Source of the DNA: Hydrolagus colliei
Taxonomy: Eukaryota
Direction of reading: 5' to 3'
Assembly (NCBI GenBank): GCA_035084275.1
Contig: CM068756.1
Span: 6,262,001-6,326,000 of the forward strand
Length of the DNA: 64,000 bases
Below are positions 52,373 to 64,000 of this stretch, one piece after another. A program made the translations under genes and the position numbers. Within the stretch, counting starts at the first letter, position 1, and every line of letters begins with the position of its first letter. Below the pieces are notes generated by a model. It did no database searches, was not told the DNA's origin, and saw nothing but the letters and a program-made list of their open reading frames with translations.

Positions 52373-55300
52373 TTTTTATTAGTAGTATCCTGGATTTACC
52401 TGGGCAGCTTGTTTTGACAGTAATACTCCTACCTCAGCATGAAATATAAATGGCAAACTTCGCCATTCAGACTAATGGATGTGGAATTCAGGCAAGTTAA
52501 TCATCTTAACTAAGAAAGGAAGGAATCATTTGGCTTTTGTAAACAAGATGACTGCTGTTTCCACTGGTGGTAAAGGCTGCGAAATGGGTCAAATAAATGA
52601 CCCAAATCATGTATCAGACACTTCAGTAGAGTTTGTTGGCTAATGAGGTTTTCAAATGATGTGAGGTTATCTTTGGTTCACACACAAACGTGTGGCAACC
52701 CTGGCAGTGCATTGCAAAGGTCAAACACAGATAGTCTATCAAACAGTTGCCATCTTCCACAAGAAAAGGCATGAGCAAGAGGGACTGGGATAACATGGAA
52801 AGGATGGTCAGGCATTTGATCTCAAGTAATAAGACCATTTTCTGTCATACTTCAGAGACATCCTCCACCTCCAAAGTTTTCTCAATGGATGATGAGGAGA
52901 TTGTTAAGAATGCAAAACATGTAAGAGAGAAAGAGGAAGAGAAGATTTAAGTCCGTTCATTTACAAAATATATGTAATTGGATAATGCCTTGTACATTCC
53001 ACACTTCAGGATTAATTACACCCAATATTTAATGTGTTCCACAGCATTTTTCATTCCACTGCAAATGTACATACATTTACATACATGAAACATACATTTA
53101 CAATTTACCTAAAGGCGAGGCATGCCGGTTATATTAGTCTTCACAACAGTGAGGGAACCCGACGCACTTCAGGAACCAACATTTGGGTGTAGCCCAATTT
53201 AACAGCAATTTAACAGGTCACTACTTCAAGCAGAAACAAATGCTTGAAAACTGCATAGATTTATCTCCCAGGTAATATCAATTCTGTTGCTTCTGTGCAG
53301 AAGTTAAATGCTGATTTAACAACTATCAATAGCAGCTATTAGTCTGTGAAAATCGGTGATTTGCCCGGTATCACAGTACAGTTTGTAAAGTCTCTCAATG
53401 GTCCCCGGGTAAAGTTCATCAGACATCAGTTCATTTTACAATTGCTTCTGTCTGAAACCTGTTGTTATAAGCCACCATATACTGTATATAAAAGAGACAG
53501 AGAGACTTCAGTTACTGAGGTCAGAAGCTGCCATATCAATACCATTAGCCATCCTGAAAATATAGGATTATCAGAAATAGATTAGTTAAAATTGGCAATA
53601 AATATAATAGTATATATTTATACAAACCATTTCCTATCAATGTAGAATGTTCAAGCAACACTGTGATGTGAAAACACTATTATATAGGAATTTTATTTAT
53701 CATTTACAACGTACAGTGATTCCATTCTGAGTGCTTTATCATCAAACAAGTTATACATTATAAATAATGTCATAATAACTTCCTAAATGTAAGAGGAATC
53801 CCCCATTTTATACTTCTTCAGTATCTCTCAGTAAATTAAAATTCAAGTGAACGTTATATTTTCTGCTTGTGATATTTACATACCACACTGTATAACTGTT
53901 TACACTAATTGTAAAATTGAAGTTATTCATAGAATCTTATACATTATATACTTTCATTTCAATAGTTGAGGCACATCATTTTTCTTTGCACTTACCTTTC
54001 AAATACTTATCAGTAGTTTTGAGGATGTCTCCCAGTCTAGTTTTAGTTTTATGCAATTTCACATCCTAACTGTACTTAACTATGTGGCAATTTCAGCAGC
54101 ACAATACCGTACATAGTTTATTAATAATATCTGAATGACATGTATTATATAGCTAGAACAATTTAGTGGGGCTTCAATTACATTGTAAAAAATAAACAAG
54201 GAAAAAGGTAAGGTGGTTCATGAATCTATTAGAAATTCACAGTACTTTATAATTATACTGTTTTTGAAACCTATATGCATCCAAATGTTATAATTGATTT
54301 AGCTTAGTTAGAAAATACTGTAAATTAAGAAACATTCCATGAATTCACACGATTTCACAACCAGGTTAAAATATTTTGTGTTAGAAATGCATTGAAAGGT
54401 TTTGTTTGCATCTATTTCAGAACAGAAACAGTTTATTATGAAAGCTGCAAATTGAAATACATGGGCTGGAGTTTACGTTTCGCTGGTAACTGGAAATGGC
54501 TCAACTCGCAGATAGTGGGGACTTTCACTGTGCATTTGGTTGGTCTGATCTCCAATGTTCATTTGCTTTGGATTTTGAGGAACCATCTAACAGAGCAAAG
54601 TGATGTCCTTAATGAGTCAAGATGTTTTCAACATAATAAAAATCCTTAATAACCTTTGTATTTTATATACTGTGTCAGCAGTTACTGGAGTCAAAAAGAA
54701 ATAATCTGTTTCAAGTTTAAAGTTGTCCAGGACTGATATTCTTACCTCCTAAACCTCTCTGTTCCACCTGCATCGTCCATGCCTAAACTACGCAGGACCA
54801 ATTTAACTCTAGTGGAGATCCCACTTATCCTAACACAATAATTTCTCAAAGATCTAAATCAAGTTTTGTCCAACTTACTGTCCGTGGGTCTTCAACAATA
54901 AAAAAAAGTTCAAAACGTCGGTCAACATTACCCGGCTTCAACCAAGTCTGAACTCAAAATCAATGTGAATATTTAGTATACACTGTGTATATAGTTTACA
55001 GGGACTGTATACACTTGGGAGTGATTTCAAGTTATAATAGTATAATCTCATCAAGGGGCTCAGGTGACATCATAAAATGTGATAGTGAAGCTTGAGTGGT
55101 GTATAATCAGCATCTGAACCCTGCGATGCGATTACAGCTTTGAACACACTCCACGGTACGAATAGGTTTCTCTAATGTATACTGTGAAGTTAATGAGGGT
55201 GGTCTTTGCTGACAATGACTGTCACAGCGGACAACCAGTGTGTTGCATGTTGCTGATGTGTAATGACATTCGCACTGAAACTTAAGGACTATAACACAAT

Positions 55301-55767
55301 CACCACAGATTTATTGAGTGCAAATCTGGAGTGCATTGCTGGTAAATTATAAAGTGAGATACATGATGTGATAGTCTCCCAATCTCGGTAGCTTTCATTG
55401 AAATAGGATTTTAACTTGATAAGTTGGCATGTGCAGTGCACTGCTCTGTTTAAGGATAGCAAGATGTAGAACTGGCATTGCACTTCCACACTGCCGACTC
55501 ACAGCACTCGGTCGTGGATGTTGGTTTGTATTTAGTACATGAAGCATAACGGAAGTGACACTACACACCATTCTTACTGTAAACTATTAATCGTTGCATC
55601 CTCAGAAGATAATAATTTGGCAATAACTGTCAAAATATATCACAATGATAGTTTAGCCCGACTTTAATATTTGCTTTATTGAGGAAGTAAACATTAAAAT
55701 GTTGCACAAATCTTCCAAAATCAGGGATTGTGGGTTTGTGCCCCATCTGGGGTGATTGTCTTTGGAG

Positions 55768-56072
55768 AGTCCTGTAGCTCAGTGGTTAGAGCCCTCGGCG
55801 TACAAGCGAGAGATCTAGGTTCAACTCTAGGCAGGGTGAAACCATGGGCAAGTTTCCTGATTCCATATGCCTAATCATAATCGCTCCAAAAAAATAATAA
55901 ATTGGTCATTTTCAACCCACGACTGTTCATGGGACACTGCTGTGCGCAATTGGCTGCTGCATTTCGCCCACAAAATACAGTCAATTCACTTTACAATTTA
56001 TTCTGTGAAGCCCTTTGAGATGTTGAGAAGATGTGCAAAGCATTATATCAAATGCAAGAATTATTATTATTA
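55768..56072 (+). mobile_element. Full-length tRNA/Deu SINE
   Basis: gtcctgtagctcagtggttagagc...gggacactgctgtgcgcaattggctgc...aaatgcaagaattattattatt. Confidence 0.9.
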
Positions 56073-56177
56073 ACACGTGCAGTTTTTTCTGCCTATCATC
56101 ATTAGGTACTATGTTTTTTCAAAAAACTTACCATTTGAAAGATTTATTCTCACTAGTTTGTAATGGTATTGTATCTA

Positions 56178-56310
56178 TAATGATAATAATCCTCGCATTT
56201 GATATAGTACCTTATCCCTTATCATGGCATCAAGACGTCTCGAAGAGCTTCACATGGAAGGGAATCAAAAGTGGATTGTAAAGTGGATTGCCTGTATTTT
56301 GTGGGTGAAA
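56178..56310 (-). mobile_element. SINE 3' tail carrying a templated insertion
   Basis: ataataatcctcgcatttgatatag...gacgtctcgaagagcttcac[insert]...tgtaaagtggattgcctgtattttgtgggtgaaa. Confidence 0.75.
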
Positions 56311-58101
56311 TTGATAATCAAAGACCTATTGTTGGATAAATATTAGTTCTAAGCAACTAATTATTTCTGCTGATAATTAATCACTAATTTATACGGTACT
56401 CTAATATCCATATAACAGCACAGGAGGTTTTGCCAGTTGCGCTTTTGCTGCAGCTGTGTGCAAATCCACAGTTAAGAAGGTATGGGAGGTAAATGGGCTT
56501 GTCAGATAATGTAAATTGCTTTCAAGTGGATTGACACTGATATGGCAACTGACCTCGTTCAAGATGAGTTCAAAAACTTGACAAAAGCTGTTAAGGCTCA
56601 GTCCAAATGAAAGCCCGAAGACACATGTCAAGCTGACAAATAATGTCAGAAGAGAAATATTAAAGTAGCTTTTCTGTCTCATTGTTTCATGACCAGGTAA
56701 AAAAAAAGGAATCCTTAAACAGCACAAAGGATTTGATAGTGAGCTGGTCATTGATGTGGGATAGATACATGTAGTTACAGTAACTATCGTAGTACATCGA
56801 TAATTCTAATGTGAATTTACAATAAATATAACATGGAAGGGAATCAAAAGAAATAGCTCACAGCAGCCACCATTCAAAATTATATTTCTTGTGCCAGACT
56901 ATATCACTACCCACTGCTATCTCTGCTATAATTAAACCTGCTACTGAGCACCAAAAGCCAGGAGATGCTGCACACCTGTGTTTGATGATCTATTTTCAAA
57001 TGTGAAAAGAAATGACGCTGGGATTTTAGCTACAGTGGTACAATTGCAGGAACCCCAACTTGAATTTTTGAATGTGGCTCATGAATCTTGTCCAATCGCA
57101 CGTAATGTTTTGACCACTTTCCCTTTCCACAGTAGGACCCCCAGTTTATGCCTTTCATCTCTATTTAATGGGCAGTAAGAAAAATACATTGAAGCTAAAC
57201 AAACGGAATATATAATGCTTTCCGATTATTAATCTAAGCTTTTTCATATCAATTTCAATATTTTGCAGGTGATATCAACGATGGTTGTGGAAGGTGTTTA
57301 TAAAATGCCAACACTGTAAGAAAACAGTGAGGACACTGTCTTTGTAAATGTAATGCTGGTAATAAATAATGTTGTTTTCTTACAAATAATAAATTTGTAT
57401 GTAATTCAGTTTTGCCACTAGCTATCGTACATAAGAATATAATATTCTGAGTATGACACATTTATTTTGTCTTTGACTAAATTACTTTGGATTAACATTT
57501 GAAGTGATCAAATATTTAATACAAATTAGTTGATATTTTTTTATATAATCCATAAAAAATGCAGTAATATGTATGTTACTGTGTGCAACCACAGAGTCGT
57601 AAATAAGCTTCAAAAGAATTTAATTTTAGAGAGGATTCTAGGTTGATTACTATGAAAATTATGAAGCAGAATATTTTGCTTATTCCTCCATTCTTTAGCA
57701 TGAGTGGAATCAGTTATGTAGGATCAGAATTTTTTTTAACAAAGTGTACAAAATTCTAAAACTCACAAACAAGTCATGTAACACAATTCCAATTAGGTTC
57801 AATTCCTCACATACAATTCCTCACAGAATGTGATTCTCGGACATCTCCTGGTGTGATCCGTGGATTGTACAGAATTAGCCAATTCAAAGTGAATGGTGTG
57901 TATGTTTGTATGTGTCCATTTATGTGGGGGCATTGGCTTCAGTATTCTAAAACCTAACAAAATAACTTTTTAGATCAGCGTTCTCACTATGCAATGATTC
58001 CTGATAAAAAGTTTACGCATGTGGTTATCAATAAGGAAAAGATTGGGCATGGTTATTATGCCTCCCAAATCCAAAATGCCTATCGAAACTCATCACCTGT
58101 G

Positions 58102-58137
58102 CTCCTATGTGAAGAATTGTCATTCTTCACATAGGAG
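58102..58137. repeat. Perfect 16-bp inverted repeat with 4-nt loop
   Basis: ctcctatgtgaagaat-tgtc-attcttcacataggag. Confidence 0.95.
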
Positions 58138-58899
58138 GTTCCAGAAGTTTTATAGCATGGAATTCATTTGACATGAGTAATTGTCAGGGAAAGGGAGAGG
58201 ATCCAGAAAAGAATGCATTAAAGTTATACTTTCCCTATTGAGGCCAAATCCAACAAATGGATATCAGAATTTTATTTTTCCTAGTGTACAGCCTTATTGT
58301 GTTATAATTGAGAATTCAGAAGCTTGTGTCACAGCACTAAGACACTAAAATTTGGTATCACACTGTGATGCTCACTGCAGTGTTGATCATATACAAAGAA
58401 ATAAAGTGAACCACAGTGTCACTTAGAACCCAAGTCTTAATGGGTAATACTACTTGCTATACAGTCATTACTACAGACATATATAGTACCTCTCAAATTT
58501 GAACATTTTAGATGACTGAAAGATTATGAAGGAGTCATGCTAAGATCCAGTGAAAATTGCACACACATCCATATGACAGTATCAATATCACATAATATCC
58601 AAATGTTTACTTTTTCGTTTCTGACAATGGATTTATTGAATTAGGGGAGTCTCATAGGAAGGGAAGTTAGGATTTCAGAAAATAAATTCTACCAACCCCC
58701 ATCAATTATTCAGAGCTATATTCAGCACCTATAGAAGTCTTTCCCCTTCCACCAAGATCAACACCAAGCACACATCCCTCTATTGAAGTAAGAATATGTC
58801 TTTCTTTTTCATTTGTTCAGTCAAATCAAAGCTTGCCACTTGCCTATCGTGAAAGCTAATCGCTTTAATTTTGAAGCAGAGGAGTTTGACAGTTGCAGA

Positions 58900-60430
58900 T
58901 ACAATTACCATTGCTAACTACCCTGCTGTGATTACTTAAGTTACTCAGTTTTATAATTTGCTCACTGATACTTTGGGTTTTCCTATGTATCTTGGGAGGG
59001 ACCTTGTAGAATGATTTCTAAAATAACATCCTAAAAGAATGTCGGTATACAGGCTAAGACCTGCCTTTGATTAATGTATAGAAGGGTTGATTTATTACCC
59101 TTACTTTCACTGGGTGCTTTGAATTGCTTCCCCTTGGATGGACTCCAACACTTTTACTATTGATATCAAGCAAACAGACCTATAGTTCCCAGAATAATAA
59201 TTCTGACCATTTTTAAGATTGCAATCATATTTTCTATTTTCCCAGCTTCTGGCTTCACTCCTGTGTCTAATGATCTTTACACAATTTCTGTCATAACACC
59301 TTTTACTTCCACTCTAATATGCTTTAATACTCTCAGATGCATTCTATTTGTGCTTTGTATTTTATGAACTTTCAAATAAGTCTGGGTTCTTAATGGTCAT
59401 TTAATTCCTGACCACTGTTTTCTGCCAGATCTCCAATCATCCTCAAGTACTTCATTTACCTAGATTGAGAATACCACAATATTCTCAATAGTGAAATCTG
59501 TATTAATTGTTCTAGGCTGCACAATGCCATTAGCCTTCTCCAATATTGCACCTCATTCATCCTTAAAGGACCCACTTGTTCCATCGCATTTTGTATGTTA
59601 TGAATATACCCAAATAATCTATTTTGTATCCCACAGCGTTCACTATACTTTGTTCTTCCAATTTTCTCTTGCTGTATTCGATTATCATTTCATCATCTCT
59701 TCTTCAATACACATTCCAATTTCTCTTCTTTGCAAAGCGATATTTATTTGCAATTATACTTACTCTAACTTCCCTATGTAACAATTTAGATCTACAGCAA
59801 CAACAACTTGTATTTTTATAGCACGCTCCACGCTGGCCAGTGTCTTAGAGGGCTCGTGAATTGCTTAGATCTAGGCCAATTTAAGCACTCCAGAATTGTT
59901 CCAGAAGTATCCAGTGAAGTAAGTAACCTCATTCTTCTCCATTATACATCTTCTTTATTGTCACCATTCTGACATATTCTCAAAGGCTATCCAATTTTGC
60001 TCATTTCCTTCTCCTGTAATATGATTTTCCTGTCTAACCTCTGAGGTTTTTTTTATGATCTTAAATTTCTCTGCTGAAATCTGATACATTAATCCCATCT
60101 CTTGCTGTGGCACATGCCACAATATTGAATCTAAGCACACTATGATCACTGTTAATAACATTACTCCCAACCTTCAAATTTGTATGTAGCTCACTGCTAA
60201 ATACTAAGTGCAGCCTCTTTGCTAGGTTTGTCTTGATGAGCTGCATTAAAGAAAAGTTCAACTTCAACTGCATGAATGTTCCTACATCTTTTCAATGTAA
60301 TTGAGGGATATTAAGGATCTTTACCCTCGTGTCATTTTCATTCATGAGGAACATATTCATAAATTTGTATCATCCTATTGAACCCCTTATCTGTGAAAGT
60401 GATTCACCTCCTACACCACTGTGAATGCAG
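58900..60430 (-). mobile_element. Long decayed CR1 ORF2 (endonuclease to RT start)
   Basis: Minus-strand LHLVFSSE...VGSNVINSDHSVLRFNI (APE 'LDL...SDH') at ~60.1-60.2 kb, then RMHLRVLK...SLDTGV.PE...GNYRSVCLIS (CR1 RT entry) at ~59.15-59.35 kb. Confidence 0.75.
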
Positions 60431-61689
60431 GAGATAGTGAGCCCACCGATATTGGAAATCCCTACAATGTCAAAGCACAGTTCTTTTGTTGTCACTGGCT
60501 GCTGCTCGGCTGACTGTTATCTGTATGTAACACGTAAAACAATCTCACGAGCACAATCAATTTCAAACACGTGCTGCTCTGTCAAGTCATTTTGGATACT
60601 TAGAAAGACTTTGGTGATGTGGCACAAAACTATTCAAAAATCTACCGCACAGAAGACTCAGTGTGGGGAATTGATAGATCCTCTGGTACACATTTTTACA
60701 AAGGCAGAATGAAGAGGCACAGGTTCCAGTGGTGGAGCTGAAGGGACCCATTGAAGAGATAACAGAAACGAAACACATACCCCCCCAGCCCCAAATCCCA
60801 CCCCCAGTAATAAGAGCACATCACAAAATGTCATTCATCTAAATCTTGCCTTACTGTAAACATTCAAATTGCTTTCAAAGTTTGATTGGAGCATTTATGG
60901 TGAATTAAAAAGACTGGATAATATAACAAGGTCTGCAGAGGAAAGAGAGTCTGGGATATTTCCACAGCAGCTTGGTGGAACTTATATATCTCATCAAGCA
61001 GAGCAGCTCCACAACCAACTTCACTTGAGGTGAAATACGAATTCAAAAAGCTGTTTCCAGTCCCACTTCCATAATTTACAATCTAAAATGTAATTAATTA
61101 AGTATTGGATTTCTCAGCAATGCTTTTTGGGAAAAACAGTCTGGTTTATTGAATCCAAATTATCACTGTGTCTTTCTATGTGCCGTTATTGTAGGAGTAG
61201 CATCTTTTTGCTCGCGTGTCATTACATTGTTTACTGCCATCATTGTAGTACACTTCACCGAATGCCATGTGGCAATCTCAAATGAATGTGTCTAAATACT
61301 GCAAATGAACCAGAAAGCGGAATCTGATGCCCTATAGTTGGAAAGTGAAGAAAAACTGTTTTTAACAATTAACTGTTACGCAGTTCAGTAAATAGATTAT
61401 CTCAGTAACTAGAGGGATCTGTACTCCACATATTGACACCACAGAAGTTAGGGAGGATATGAGTTCAAATTACAGCCTAAATCCTATCTGTCACAACAAC
61501 AACTGAATTATATTTGTAAAGTGTCTTTCACGTCAGGAGGCCGTCTCAAGGCGCCATGGCACAAATGAACACAAGGAATAACAAAGTGACATTGGGGCAA
61601 ACTATAAAATCAAGGAGAATACAATGTCACATTGTTATTCCTCTTGTTCATTTGTGCCACGTGATAGAGTCACACATGTACAAGGTACA

Positions 61690-62095
61690 GAATACAACAA
61701 CAACAACATGGATTTATATAGCGCCCTCCACACAGATCGGCGTCTCAGAGCGCTTCCCAATAACGGATCCTGGGCCAAGCCAGGGGGAGGGGGAAGAAGG
61801 TGACCGAAAAGCGCAGTCGAAAAGAAAGGTCTTTAGCCGAGATCTGAAAATAGGAAAGGAGGGGGCGAGGTGAAGGGCGTGAGGAAGGGAGTTCCAGAGC
61901 CTCGGGGCGTTATGGCTGAAGGCACGGCTGCCGATGGTGGAGCGGAGGATTTAGGGAACAAGGTGGAGGCCAGACCCAGAGGAGCGAAGGCAACAATTAT
62001 TGTTGGAAGGAGAGAGGAGGTCAGAGAGGTGCAGAGGAGTGGAGGGATTTAAATGCAAACATGAGGATCTTGTACGAGCATGAGGATGAGAATAG
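61690..62095 (-). mobile_element. L2 LINE 3' fragment with (TTG)n tail
   Basis: Minus strand YKILMFAFKSLH...DLLS...LRSSGSGL...AFSHNAPRLWNSLP...LKTFLFD; tail ctatataaatccatgttgttgttgttg. Confidence 0.85.
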
Positions 62096-62699
62096 CCGCC
62101 AAACATATCGGCACATACATGGGCAACAGATGATACTACAGTCATTCAATACCCTTTGTTTCTTGCTCATTGTATGGATTAAAGGATGGTAAAGCGCGTT
62201 TTGCACATGATCACTAGTTACAATTTCATATAGAGTTAAACTTCTAGACTGCATGCTTATGCAGGAATTGCGTGACAGTATTTTTTGAGTCCTGCACTTG
62301 ATATCCAATCCAGCTGTAAAAATGGTACAGTGGGTTTTGGTTTGAGTTGGAAAATGTGGCACCTTCATTGGAGCCCTGATATCATCTACTCTGTTTGTCT
62401 CTGTTTTGCAGCTGGGCTCTGCACCAGTAATTACATTAGAACTCCAATGCATGAGAAATGGCAGTTTTCTAACTACCTGTGTCCTTAAATTTTGTATTCC
62501 ATTAAGGCGTAGAATTATGCAGGTGTTTGAAGAATGTCACTGGAACAGATCCAAATGCAGCTATCTACGGTCTACCTGATTTCCCTAAAAAATCATTCAA
62601 TAACAAAGGCATATATTAGTGATCCCTAGTTAAATTAATTCTATTATTTTAGGATATTCCTTAATTGATGAAAATTCACAGGCCAATAACACTTTTTCT

Positions 62700-62930
62700 C
62701 TTGCTAATTTTCTGCATTCAAATTAAAGGATAGAACTATAGGGCATCACAGGGTTCTTCTGCCTTGTAAATGAGGCTTCTATTTATTTACCAGGAAAGCA
62801 TGGTAGGCGCTACTATGTTAGACTCTTTGAAGAAACAGTAGTGGGAAGATGGTAGGGTGAGTATCCTGGAAGGATCAAATTAAATGGCACAAAAGGTCTT
62901 CTTCACATGAACCTCTCTTGTGATCAGAAC
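62700..62930 (+). mobile_element. Decayed CR1 3' end
   Basis: agaactatagggcat (RTIGH)...ctctttgaagaaacag...ggtcttcttcacatgaacctctcttgtgatc; resembles the reverse of 6800-6890. Confidence 0.45.
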
Positions 62931-64000
62931 AGTGAAACACACAAAGAGGAACTTTCCTGTTCTATATTAAAAAAAAGAGATATAACAGCAAACAAGCTAT
63001 TATTAGCATATTATTGTGTTCAATAAGACATATTATTGACCAAATTGAATAGGAATGACCAGACACTACAGTATGTAGCAGTACTGTGTATATAACTGGC
63101 CAGATTTAGCATTAAAGAAATGAAGGATTGTTAGTTTTCTCTAAAAAAAAGAACGCTGGGAGGTGCACATTAAGATACCAATCAATCTCACAGGTTTATA
63201 TAGCTTTGCTTGTAAATCTGCTACCGTACCACCAAATCTACTGTATTGAGTACATGTGGTGAATGAATAGCTAATAAAAGTCCACAGGTAGTTAAAGTTA
63301 AAGTCAGGAGGGTTGTGTAGATTTCCAAAATTGGGAGCTCAATTGAGCACATCAATTTTAGAAAAAAAATCATAGCTTAGCTACGTAGCAAAGAAAACGG
63401 ATCGAGACCGCCAGTGAAACAGTAATGTTTCAGGAAAACTTTGCTCCTCCGAAAGAGAAACATTAACTTTATATATTGTCTAGATCTAAAGGTTAAGAGG
63501 TTTGACTTTATAAAACCTCAAGGAGCAGGAGATTCAGGAATGCCGAAATTGCACACTTAAAGTTCATTGCTTGCTGGTAATTAACACTGCAGGCCACTGT
63601 GAGAGCAGGAAATGCTCCACATCAGAGAACAGAAGAATATGTGCACCATTCCACTTCCTTCAAAAATGTACCATATACTGTACATGCAAGAGCTTGTTAA
63701 AACATTAAGGTTGCACAGGTTCCACATTGCAATTCAAGATTCAATGATTTGGAATAATGTTATTCGTGTGTCTGATTGTAAGAATACAGCTACTCACCAG
63801 TGGCCCAGTATTGCAAGGTTGTCTTACTTCATTATAAGTACATTGCAGGTTTTACAAAATTAGATATTTTTGTATTTTTTTCAAAAAAACTAACATAAAG
63901 CAATATTCATCTTCTATAAATCTAATATTCAGTGAACTTGTATTACAAAGTATCTATTATATATTAAAGCATTCCCATTTCCCATTTCTGCCCTTTTCAG

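Noticed and set aside
55715-55755. tRNA-Lys-like 3' arm
   Set aside because: Short, degenerate, with no 5' half.
1-64000. CRISPR arrays, operons, known miRNAs (miR-9, miR-124, miR-137)
   Set aside because: The DNA is eukaryotic with no repeat-spacer array; I did not see those mature miRNA sequences by eye, though a miRBase search is needed to exclude miRNAs.

Overview
Vertebrate nuclear DNA, almost all intronic or intergenic. The repeat content (tRNA-headed Deu-domain SINEs with L2-type tails, CR1 and L2 fragments, a Penelope-type relic) points to a cartilaginous fish, probably a chimaera or elephant shark (inference). I recognise no intact protein-coding gene. Most ORF-track entries are chance ORFs, microsatellite or G-run artefacts, or transposon debris. 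The main structure is a CpG-rich, transposon-depleted block (~22.9-35.9 kb) full of G/C runs and microsatellites, with a 200-N gap. It has several minus-strand splice donors that look like alternative first exons, which could splice to a well-formed 111-nt minus-strand exon at 20711-20821. An RFX X-box promoter near 23.1 kb has a plus-strand donor beside it, suggesting a divergent or antisense transcript. I could not name the host gene. Smaller observations include decayed Harbinger transposase relics, a ~700-bp LTR-like insert in a CR1 tail, perfect palindromes, a 20-nt templated insertion and inverted SINE pairs. Family names are from recalled consensus motifs, not searches. No new biological system is demonstrated.
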